Positions 36,601 to 44,646 of a DNA stretch of 64,000 bases are shown in pieces. The translations under genes were made by a program, and so were the position numbers. Origin of the DNA: Mycobacteriales bacterium (GTDB taxonomy: Bacteria; Actinomycetota; Actinomycetes; Mycobacteriales; QHCE01); NCBI GenBank assembly GCA_013362805.1, contig JABFVL010000058.1, positions 38,805-102,804 on the forward strand, in the 5' to 3' direction. Positions within the stretch are counted from its first letter, which is position 1; every line of letters starts with the position of its first letter. A model generated the notes under the pieces. The model saw only the letters and a program-made list of their open reading frames with translations, searched no databases and had not been told where the DNA came from.

Positions 36601-37481
36601 CGCGCGATTTCCGTCTCGAGCTCTCCGGGCATCACCGGTTGCGCGCCGAACACCACGCCGTTCTCGCTCAAGCGAGGCACGAGCACGAGTAACGGCGCGG
36701 AGTCCAAGGCCGCATCCGCTAAGGCACCAGGACGCTCGAGGAACGCGAGCTCGTCGAAATCAGCGGCATCCACTTCTGGTGGTGGTCCACCTTCCGAGCC
36801 AGGCTGCGATGGCAAATCGATCGGCGTCTCTACGTCAGTTTGCGTCTCTGGATCAGATGAAGGGGAATTTTGTTCCGATCCCGGCGGCGCGTGTTCATCT
36901 TTCACATTTGAGGGCTGCCCTGGCAGCGTGTCAGGTTCTTCGGGGGTGGCAGCCCGTTCTATGGCGGTGCGTAACAGTTCCACTTGCCATGCCGGCACCC
37001 GGTCGATCGCATCAGATGGTGGCTCACTTGGTGCGGCTGAAGGCGTGAACGCAGGTTCTTGCTCACTGTCTCGGCCACCGGGCTCATCAGGGTCGTCATC
37101 ACCATCCGGTGCGGCTGGCGTCGCTGGGCCGCCCGGCCCATCAGAGCCACCGCCGCTGCCCACGCCACCGGCTGCGGGACCAGGTGGCTTCTCAGCATCC
37201 TCCCCAGCGGGTGCGTCTTCATGATGCTCCGCGGGCTGCGACTTTTCGCCGGGATCTTCTGGCTCAAGCGCACCACTGGGACTAAGCAATGCGTCCAACG
37301 GGTCATCGCCGGCTGCCCGAACCAGCGGCGCTTCGCTGTGGTCACTACCAAACGGGGACGGTAATTGCGCGAACCCACTCGGAACGGGTAAAGAACGCGG
37401 CTCAGTGTTGGGCACCGCGGGTGCGGTCGTAGGCGCGGATTCGGGCGGTTCGGGCGCGGGCGGCACCGAGGGCACGGTCAC
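33654..37481 (-). CDS. giant-array paralog A8 (1275 aa); function unknown
   Basis: GTG start preceded by GGAGTCGCT. The leader reads EPRSLPVPSGFAQLP...DDPLDALL. The C-terminus is IYEHCRPDDPGRPGAGPPQPGRGPSPHTPPPPTRPYGK. Confidence 0.85.
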   Translation of the reverse strand: MTVPSVPPAPEPPESAPTTAPAVPNTEPRSLPVPSGFAQLPSPFGSDHSEAPLVRAAGDDPLDALLSPSGALEPEDPGEKSQPAEHHEDAPAGEDAEKPPGPAAGGVGSGGGSDGPGGPATPAAPDGDDDPDEPGGRDSEQEPAFTPSAAPSEPPSDAIDRVPAWQVELLRTAIERAATPEEPDTLPGQPSNVKDEHAPPGSEQNSPSSDPETQTDVETPIDLPSQPGSEGGPPPEVDAADFDELAFLERPGALADAALDSAPLLVLVPRLSENGVVFGAQPVMPGELETEIARDGLDGLHAQSEVDESLTVHADEFLLQQRALRSRAEAALRVDALDGYYNTLVQMGRAVEGTIPASEMARALSECLDELGERGVAPLTVARSAGERIDAAMSGLVVEILGATQPNIKPDATALAELSREYARLAEHATACAARLAEHDDSFERATRLANFIAESSDIVREASQAGAALAALPEELTTNIASAAATLTDEQRAELATIDSGVALADFVRRAGGDATALIASLDDVGQRASAIARAHEALSARFFPTEDPADEEPTPTNFSHIAGDTAETFIAAARAGTLSVPDPPEPEPTGQSEIPEPVPEPAVEWYPPIDLSAGIVGRRDVHIPALEKDEDGLARFVVDTLSLPVSDNPLAKIDDIEQQAREGLDRARARERALNGFRLAEDSDAPDTVELHRNTAVVRVSDASSGSTIDFAEEQVRRYEELVKNVEDFKERTAESDELDPRGVDVGLAQVMGSVAGIQDRAFFHRRASDGFEELQSQMDERLWGSAKEDPSCELFQTNQSLFRIDLETRIDMLSEPLYDTRSDADPTDRRRQVVAGLIDLKERVAAVHTATRGVAEGQSAFFVAGAMLEDIDNLCDELTEADSPKFGPGEVEGISERLDELKSLNPFWNGRLPEQNLVDLTSATPAPPVPPDRWPGFHQPFEPPRQGPPLKLDLPLERGFDRIDLPELRLGGTDTQLASDLRVLLNRLEQAAMAVDTDTISENALRRDRGETVPEPGSFVEEVQAARQRLEPQLVAPTPEKMRQVLREVDQLLTEAVLRPTNAHPDVRQLYPLRDSLANSRTGADSNPLSAAIYVRLLGAAFDVKLGEATRQISAMVQKLEVGNPATWQELDGFVRDQAELNTLLKLANVAQEAARDLPEARQRLLRTHRLVQSAGIAVGQARQRAADEADAQVDVPRAPTEMSMARLRFALDRLRDIVATPKWPDVDTWTLDAIYEHCRPDDPGRPGAGPPQPGRGPSPHTPPPPTRPYGK

Positions 37482-37496
37482 AGCGACTCCTGTGGG

Positions 37497-40400
37497 TTAG
37501 CGAGAGGGGCGAGGGGTAGACGGCGGCTGAGTAGGTCCCGACGGGGGTGTGGATCGTGAGGTGCTATCCCGACCAGCTGGGAAATAATGCCGAAATAGTT
37601 CTAACACTGTGGTCTGCGCAGCGTCTTCTAGTACAGGACTTTCTCGCAGCTGAGCTAAAAGGTCGGCTATCAGCTCAGCCTCCTCTCCGCCCACCTCCAC
37701 ATCGTCTGGTTGATCTCGCACCATAAGCAAGGAACCTTGCAGCGCATCTAGGATCTCGGCAGGATGCTCTTGATCGTCGACGACCGGCCGCAGTCGACGT
37801 ACACACTCGGCAAGAACGGGTATGACCGTAAGGGAAAGCCGATCTCGTACGGCAGGGTTAAGCTGCGCGACGCGCACTTGTTCCACCACTGGCATGACCT
37901 CCTTATCGAGAACATGGGCGATGGAATCGGCAATCATTTTGGTAACGAGAGCGTTCTCAAGTTGTGCTGTGGGTTCGCTTCCCTCACGCAACTGGCCTTC
38001 CAAAGCCAGTAAAGTTTCTTCCGGATGAGCCGTGAATGCGGCATGCGTTTTCGAACTCCAAACCTCAACTACCTCATCCAAAGCCAGTTCTTCCGTCTTC
38101 GCTTCCTCATTCCGCTGATCAGCACTTGTCTCTCGGCGCCGCGCTAACCAACCGGCAGCAGATGCGCAAGCCCGTTCAGCGCTCCGCAGATCCACCGGGA
38201 GAGAAGTCACCTGAACTCCGGTCTCTGTCAACTGGACCAGAGGCACCTGAACTTCGTCTGGTTTGGGAGGCAGCTCAAAGTCAACTGCCGACGCCAGCTC
38301 GACTCTTCCAACCCTCTGTTCAGGTATCGCACTGGCAAGGGCAGGACGCAAATCGGAAAACGAAGGCATAGGCACATCGCTATAGGGCCCGGGATGAGTA
38401 TCGAGGACCGCCTGCACGATTTCATTGGCTGCGGTCACCGTGTCACGCGTGCGATCGGGATCCCGCAACATGTCCGCCACCGTGCTCAATACCTGATGCG
38501 CTTCACGTAAAGACCCACTCGCAACGAGGTCGAGTTGGCCAATGGCCAGTTCAGCACGGGAGGCCATTGTCTCGACCAACTCAGTGGCCGCTCGCAACGG
38601 GCCCTCGCGATCTACTGGGCCATCGGCATCAGCCTCCGGCGGCGCAGTTGCCTCCACCAACTTGTGGTCGATTACGACGAGCTGGGCCCGATATTCCCGA
38701 TCCAGCAAAGACTGATTTACCAACAGCTCCGATGCTGTCAGTTCGCCAGCCTCGGCCGCTGACCACGCGCGAGCCATCAGATTAGGATCATCCGGCAAAC
38801 GCTCATCGTCCGTCACGGCCTGAGCGGCGCGGGCCAGTTCTGTTATGCAGCGATCCATTGTGGAAACGTCGTCGGTCAGATTTTGTCCCGTGCTGCGGGC
38901 CATCGAAATTTTTTCACGTAACCCCGCCACCATCTCAATCTGCCGAGTTAGGTTCAGCGCTTCCGTCGTCACACTGATCGGTACATGGTCATTCGTACCG
39001 GGCCGGGGCATGTTGAGGGCGGCACGTTCGGCTTCCAGTTCGCTTTGCCGAATAGCAAGCGCGATATCTAACGTAGCCGCCGACTCCGGGTCGTTGGCTT
39101 TCAGCGAGACATCGGCAAAGTTCAGCCGCACGGAACCGTCTCGACGCGCTAACCGAATAGGAACCTTCAACTGGATCGCTTGCTCTGCACGAGGCGCTGT
39201 GGACGTAAATTCAGGTGTCTCTAACTCTGTCTCTATCTCTGAAGCTGCGGTCAGCCCTTCCAGTAGATCGAACGGTGAGGGCGTCGGCATGCTCAACGGC
39301 TCGATTGAGCCAAGTGCCCCTTTACTCGTTGGTGGTGCGATGAGGGCGTCAAGATGGACTAACAAGCCCGGAAGGTCTGGAGCTCCGTCCGGGTGCATCA
39401 TCAAATTAGTCGCGCGTTCCAACACTTCGGCGTGATCGGAGAGTTCACCATGTCGGGCGCGCCAACGATTCGACGCCGGGTCGAGCGCTGTTACCACTAA
39501 ATCGACGTCTGCCAATAACTTGCGGTAACCCGTCGCGGCAGCATGCAATTGCTCCTGCTGAGCCGTATTCAAATCAGCGCGGTGTTCCGCAATTGCAGCG
39601 AGTTCGTCGACGTACAAATGTTGTACTCGGCTCAGCAGCACCCGTAGGTCCCACGCGGCCGCTGCTATGTCAGTTTGGCGTTCTATCGGCTCGGCGGTGA
39701 GGTCAACAGCATCAAGCGCGACCACGGTGGTGTTTGAATCGACAATCTCGGCTGGATTTTGAGCTTCAGACTCGACATGAGTCGCCTTGATGACGTCGGT
39801 CTCTTCTGATTCCACCGATGGCTGTGTGGGCCGTTCTGCAGATTCAACTTCGCTATGTTCAGGGGCAATAACGTGCGGCGATTCTGGCTCAACACGTGCC
39901 CGCCGCGGCCACAGCTGGATGACATTGTCAGGTAGGTCAGCGACCACCGCGGCATTCGTTGGCGTTGTCGGCTCGGCATTTACTGGAGCGTTTGGCTCAC
40001 TCGATTCTACGAGCTCAGCGATATGCGCTTGCAGTAACAGACGCGCGGCTACCGCGTCCATGAGACTTTCAGAGCCCAATGCGGCGACCAACCCATCCAA
40101 AGAGGTGCTCACCGCCCGCTGATCTAGCAGCCCGGCGGAGGCGAGCTGATTCAAACGTTCGTAGTGCTGGCGGGCGGATGAGTGTCGGTCAGGCTCAGTC
40201 TCCACCGCATCCAGGTGACGCTGCACCACCAGTGCGGCCTCACTCCATTGCTCGCGGAAACGCTCAAGGTTACGGTCAGCGGTGAAGTCGAACGGCATCG
40301 CTCGCAGTGTCGCCGCATCAGGATCGGTCGGATGGTTGCCACGTACCGCAAAGGTAGCCAGGCGGCGCACCCGCGCTGGTTCATCTCCCTCCGATGGCGC

Positions 40401-40775
40401 ATCGGCGACATTGTCAGGATCGTCGGGACCGCCGGGCGCATCAGGAACATCGGGAACATCGGTGCTCGAATCAGGCGCCAATATGGAGGCTTCTGGCTCA
40501 TCGTCGCCAGGGGACGTTACTGCTTTACCGGGCTCAGTCGGTTCGTCCGAACCTTTTATATCCACACTCGGGGTCATGCCTAAGCCATACAGCGGATCTA
40601 TTTCCGGTGGCACACGAGGAAAGTCGGGCGCGGAGGTTCTCGGCAAGGCGTCTACTGAGGTAGGCGTAGGCAACCGGCTGGCTAACGAATCTGACCCCCC
40701 AGATGTGGGCACGACCGTCTGAGGTTCTGAAATCTTAGGGGTGGTCCGGTCGGTGGGGGTTGTCACATCAGACAT
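37497..40775 (-). CDS. giant-array paralog A7 (1092 aa from ATG 40775); function unknown
   Basis: The track ORF extends to 41180, but those first 135 codons overlap A6 out of frame. ATG 40775 (MSDVTTP) has GAGGAGG 6 nt upstream and overlaps the A6 stop region by 8 nt. The leader is degenerate (DALP...EIDPLYGL). The C-terminus is LFRHYFPAGRDS...PRPSR. Confidence 0.8.
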   Translation of the reverse strand: MSDVTTPTDRTTPKISEPQTVVPTSGGSDSLASRLPTPTSVDALPRTSAPDFPRVPPEIDPLYGLGMTPSVDIKGSDEPTEPGKAVTSPGDDEPEASILAPDSSTDVPDVPDAPGGPDDPDNVADAPSEGDEPARVRRLATFAVRGNHPTDPDAATLRAMPFDFTADRNLERFREQWSEAALVVQRHLDAVETEPDRHSSARQHYERLNQLASAGLLDQRAVSTSLDGLVAALGSESLMDAVAARLLLQAHIAELVESSEPNAPVNAEPTTPTNAAVVADLPDNVIQLWPRRARVEPESPHVIAPEHSEVESAERPTQPSVESEETDVIKATHVESEAQNPAEIVDSNTTVVALDAVDLTAEPIERQTDIAAAAWDLRVLLSRVQHLYVDELAAIAEHRADLNTAQQEQLHAAATGYRKLLADVDLVVTALDPASNRWRARHGELSDHAEVLERATNLMMHPDGAPDLPGLLVHLDALIAPPTSKGALGSIEPLSMPTPSPFDLLEGLTAASEIETELETPEFTSTAPRAEQAIQLKVPIRLARRDGSVRLNFADVSLKANDPESAATLDIALAIRQSELEAERAALNMPRPGTNDHVPISVTTEALNLTRQIEMVAGLREKISMARSTGQNLTDDVSTMDRCITELARAAQAVTDDERLPDDPNLMARAWSAAEAGELTASELLVNQSLLDREYRAQLVVIDHKLVEATAPPEADADGPVDREGPLRAATELVETMASRAELAIGQLDLVASGSLREAHQVLSTVADMLRDPDRTRDTVTAANEIVQAVLDTHPGPYSDVPMPSFSDLRPALASAIPEQRVGRVELASAVDFELPPKPDEVQVPLVQLTETGVQVTSLPVDLRSAERACASAAGWLARRRETSADQRNEEAKTEELALDEVVEVWSSKTHAAFTAHPEETLLALEGQLREGSEPTAQLENALVTKMIADSIAHVLDKEVMPVVEQVRVAQLNPAVRDRLSLTVIPVLAECVRRLRPVVDDQEHPAEILDALQGSLLMVRDQPDDVEVGGEEAELIADLLAQLRESPVLEDAAQTTVLELFRHYFPAGRDSTSRSTPPSGPTQPPSTPRPSR

Positions 40776-43700
40776 TCGGTCCTCCTCGCTTGTGTGGGCG
40801 AAGCGGCGAGGTGAGCTGCGCATTCGGCGGCAACGAGTGGCGTGGCTGTCGCGATGGCTGCGGGCTTGTCGACATTTGCGGCTTAGCGGTGAACGAATCC
40901 AAGGTTGGAGTCGCGACGCGCTCACTCCTGGGACGCCAGCTGCCTTCCACATCAGGTGATTCGTCGGAGTCAGGTGTAGCGGGCCCTGGCGTCTGCGTTT
41001 GCCCGGTGGTTTCGACGTTTTCGTCACCTGCCGGTGGCTTGGGTGCATTGGGGTTATGGCCCGGGCCCGATGGAGGTTCTTTGGTATCAGGGCCGCCGAT
41101 ATCCGGCGGTGGGAGGTAATGATTAACGATCTCGGAAAGTTCTGCTGTCTCGGCCAGGAGTTGCTGGGGCATCCGCTCATGTGCGCGGATAAGAGCTTGC
41201 GCCCCCCTATCCAACTCGCGGGGGTCTAATGACTCCGGACGAGTGGCTTTCGTCGTAACGTGCAGTTCTAAACCCGCCAAATATGCGATCGACTCTTGGA
41301 ACGCGGGTTGAGCGCCACTGCTCAGCACTTCGTCACAAATGCGCATTGCATGATGACCCTCTTGCACACTTGCTGCAAGACGCATCGCCTCAGTGCTACT
41401 AAGGGGCGCGGGGTCCTCCGCTCGAGCTTTCACACGTTCCGCCAGATTGCGCAGATATCTGGGAAGATGTTCGGTGGCGGCACCAGCGGCAATTGTTGCC
41501 CCCACCACCCGTCTGCCCGCTAAACCGGGCTCGGCCCGCTCTATTTCTCGGTAACCCTGCTTCAGGTCAATGACCGCTTGATACAGAACAGCCGTAGCGG
41601 CATCCGTGTTGAGCGCCGCCTCTTTACCTTTTCGCTGCACATCAATTAACTCCAACAAAGCTAGGCGAGCGCCCTCCTGATCTTCTGTAACGGCATCTAC
41701 CTTGGATAGTGCCTCGCGGGTTGCCTCTTGCATCGAACTAGCGAACTGGGATACCTGGTCGTGCACCACGTCGGCGCCTTCTGGGCCAGTAGTGAACGCG
41801 AGTTCCTGCTCATAGCGACGCAAACCATCGCCAACCTGTTGAATAATCTCTGGCGGAGCGGCCGCCAAATCAATGTATGTGTCTTGTTCGGGTGCGTAGA
41901 CCTCTTCGGCCTCCTGGTCCGTTTCGCCGCTATCTTGCGAACTATGCCGGCGAACAAAAACCCCCGACTGGCGTTCAGCTTGATGAAGTCGCTCTTGCCG
42001 GGCTTCGGTACTCACATCCAAATGGGTGAGTTTGATGTTGATGACGGGCGCTTCAATGGGCGGAACAAATGGCTGACCAATGCGTGGGGCTCTGCCATCC
42101 TCCGGTCCAGGCATTGGCGTAGGGATAACTTTCTGCCCCACCTCGGCGATCGCCCGTTCCGTGTCCATTTCACGATAGGGGTTGTGTACGCCACGAAGCA
42201 CCGAGATCGATTCTTGAATCTCCCCAATCTGATCCGCATCTAATTCGACAGAATCGTTGATGACTTTGAGAACGGCACTGCTCGCAGTGGTCAGACTCAT
42301 AAAAGGACTGCGCGCAGAATCGAGTGGATAGTGCTCTTCCCCGGGCTTTCGGCCCGCCTGTTGAACAAAGCTTGTGGCCTCATCACGAATTGTGTGCATA
42401 AGTGTGGCGAATTCATGGTGCAGATTTTCGCCCTCTTGTGCCGCTAACGCTGCAGCGTCAGCGAGTTGCTGATCTAGGCGCATTTCTAAAAGCGGTTTAT
42501 TCAAAACCAGCTCGTTGAAATCAATCTGTCCATTGCGGTACATCCGATGAGCTTGACCGGCTTCATCCAACAGCTCGGCGCGAGCCTGCCCGGAGGCCAG
42601 CGCTACGGTTTCTCTCGTTGTATCCAGCATTTGTCTCGCATAAGCGCTCACCAGCTCTGGAAACTCGTCCGCCGCATCAGCACTTCCCGTTTTTTCTTCG
42701 ATCTGCAGCGCCAACTCAGCTAGTGCCTGCCCAGCCCTCTGGTACACGTTGGCCAACTCAATGTTGGGCTCTACCTCTTGTAGCTCACCGTCGGGACCCT
42801 CAACATAAGCCGTCCGAACCGGGGTGCCGTTAATATCTGGATCAGCAAGCGGATCTCCGTCGTCAGCCAAATAGACGCCTAAGGCGAGACGTTGCTGCTC
42901 GTGAATCAGTATTGAACGATCACTCACAACTTCAAAAAGCCGTCCGTACGCCAGGTCGGGATCGGCATAACGTTCAATAGAATCCTCAACCACTAAGGCG
43001 GTGGGGGGAACTTCGGGTCCAGTACCGAACGGGACCTGTAGTGTGCCCAACTGGTTCGGGTCGGGACGCGTCAACAAAATAATCGGAATCTGCGACCGAA
43101 TAACCGTTCCATCGGGGTATACCTCGGGGTGACCTCCCGGCAGGATGGGGCTGGTCGGCATATCCAGATTCTCTGGGCCCTGGTCAGTGATCTCCCCTGG
43201 CGTCTCAGGTTCATTAACCGTGGGCGTGACAGGCACGGGCTCATCGGGAACATCGAGTTCGGAAGGCCCCAACCCCATCACCGCCGCTTCCCACTCCTTG
43301 GCGGCTCGTTGCTGTGGATGTGGTAGCTCAATCGTCGACAAATCTGGTGCTTCGTCATCGGACAGAGAACGCACCAGCATCTCTTTCGCCGCACGAGTGG
43401 CTTGCGCCAGCGGAATCGCTGCCGCACCAGACGATTCAGTATCTGGCGCCTCAGAAGGCGTCGTTTCTTGCGACTGCCAAAGCTGTATAGCCTCGCCAGC
43501 AACCCCTTGAACAGCAGTCTTTACATTCCCTAAATGGACAAGCAGCTCGCGAATCTCCTCGGCGTTGTCCGGTGTCGCATCGGCGCGCACCGCACGCAAA
43601 CCGCTTATCATGTGCTCCAAAATTTTGGAGTGCTCTTCGCTTGCGGCAACAGCTGGGAGTGCCGTATCCGCGCGAAACTGGGGTCCGTCCGCCTCAATTC

Positions 43701-44643
43701 GCTCGAGCAATGGATCTAACGAAGCTAAAGCCGCGCCACTGGTGATGGCGCGCGCCCGTTCAAGCACTCGTCGGCTGTCGTAGATCATCGCCCCGATTTG
43801 TCGATCATCTGCCAGACGCTCCAGCTCGGCAGCTACTTCCCGCACACCCGTGCCATCATCCTTAATAGCCATCTTCGCCAAATGGCCCACTATGGCGCCG
43901 ATGGTTTCGTCAAAGGCCGGGCCGCCTTCAGTGACCACAGAATCCATTTGCTCAATCATCGCTTGTAGCGACGGGTTATCGGCAGCGTGCTCGAGTAAGC
44001 CGGGCTTAGCTTCCTCCCATGCTTGTGTCGCGGCACGTGGGTTACCGCCCATCGTTTCGCGCCACCGCATCGCGCTAATCGAGGCCCCCATTTCCTCCGG
44101 GAGTGGGAGCATCACATGTCGATCTACCCCGATTTCGGGCTCTTCCGGAGTCGCCGGCGCGTCGGGGCCTCCGAAACGCGGAGGCTCACCGACTCCAGAA
44201 CTGTCCACACTGGCATCTGGAGCTGAGTCACGCGGGGAACCGGCCGGGGTCGGTTCCCCGTCAATTCGCGGTTGCTCCTCAGGGCCGCTGATCTGGTCCG
44301 CGTCATTTTCTGGCGCGCTACCGTCGATCAGTGGGGCTGATTCCTGACCTGACACATCGCGGTCCGCCGCAAGCTCGTCAAGAGCTGGTTCGACAGCACC
44401 AATAGCCGCGAGCGGATCCAATTCCGGGTCAACAAAGGCCGCTGGCTCCGGCTGCGCGGCGGGCAGCGCGGTAACCATTGGCACCGGAGGGGTCGGCAAT
44501 GGCTGTACTGGCGCCACAGGCGCGGCGAAATCCTTTGGATTCTCCACGGGTTGCGCGCTCGGACCCGGCGAGTCGGCTATTGAGGCATCGGGCAGCGAAA
44601 CAGCGTCCGCGTCCGGCTCATGAGGCTGAGACGGCGTATTCAT
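40768..44643 (-). CDS. giant-array paralog A6 (1291 aa); function unknown
   Basis: ATG start 3 nt after the A5 stop. It has the central block APRIGQPFVPP (42058..42090) and the C-terminal block IVNHYLPPPDIGG followed by a Pro-rich basic tail. Confidence 0.85.
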   Translation of the reverse strand: MNTPSQPHEPDADAVSLPDASIADSPGPSAQPVENPKDFAAPVAPVQPLPTPPVPMVTALPAAQPEPAAFVDPELDPLAAIGAVEPALDELAADRDVSGQESAPLIDGSAPENDADQISGPEEQPRIDGEPTPAGSPRDSAPDASVDSSGVGEPPRFGGPDAPATPEEPEIGVDRHVMLPLPEEMGASISAMRWRETMGGNPRAATQAWEEAKPGLLEHAADNPSLQAMIEQMDSVVTEGGPAFDETIGAIVGHLAKMAIKDDGTGVREVAAELERLADDRQIGAMIYDSRRVLERARAITSGAALASLDPLLERIEADGPQFRADTALPAVAASEEHSKILEHMISGLRAVRADATPDNAEEIRELLVHLGNVKTAVQGVAGEAIQLWQSQETTPSEAPDTESSGAAAIPLAQATRAAKEMLVRSLSDDEAPDLSTIELPHPQQRAAKEWEAAVMGLGPSELDVPDEPVPVTPTVNEPETPGEITDQGPENLDMPTSPILPGGHPEVYPDGTVIRSQIPIILLTRPDPNQLGTLQVPFGTGPEVPPTALVVEDSIERYADPDLAYGRLFEVVSDRSILIHEQQRLALGVYLADDGDPLADPDINGTPVRTAYVEGPDGELQEVEPNIELANVYQRAGQALAELALQIEEKTGSADAADEFPELVSAYARQMLDTTRETVALASGQARAELLDEAGQAHRMYRNGQIDFNELVLNKPLLEMRLDQQLADAAALAAQEGENLHHEFATLMHTIRDEATSFVQQAGRKPGEEHYPLDSARSPFMSLTTASSAVLKVINDSVELDADQIGEIQESISVLRGVHNPYREMDTERAIAEVGQKVIPTPMPGPEDGRAPRIGQPFVPPIEAPVINIKLTHLDVSTEARQERLHQAERQSGVFVRRHSSQDSGETDQEAEEVYAPEQDTYIDLAAAPPEIIQQVGDGLRRYEQELAFTTGPEGADVVHDQVSQFASSMQEATREALSKVDAVTEDQEGARLALLELIDVQRKGKEAALNTDAATAVLYQAVIDLKQGYREIERAEPGLAGRRVVGATIAAGAATEHLPRYLRNLAERVKARAEDPAPLSSTEAMRLAASVQEGHHAMRICDEVLSSGAQPAFQESIAYLAGLELHVTTKATRPESLDPRELDRGAQALIRAHERMPQQLLAETAELSEIVNHYLPPPDIGGPDTKEPPSGPGHNPNAPKPPAGDENVETTGQTQTPGPATPDSDESPDVEGSWRPRSERVATPTLDSFTAKPQMSTSPQPSRQPRHSLPPNAQLTSPLRPHKRGGPNV

Positions 44644-44646
44644 TGA

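Noticed and set aside
40776-41180. First 135 codons of track ORF 37497..41180 (MSGCPSNSWPRQQNF...)
   Set aside because: This stretch lies entirely inside A6 in another frame and has an Arg/Ser/His-rich, unprotein-like composition. A strong RBS (GAGGAGG) plus the ATG at 40775 gives an N-terminus (MSDVTTP...) consistent with the other array members.
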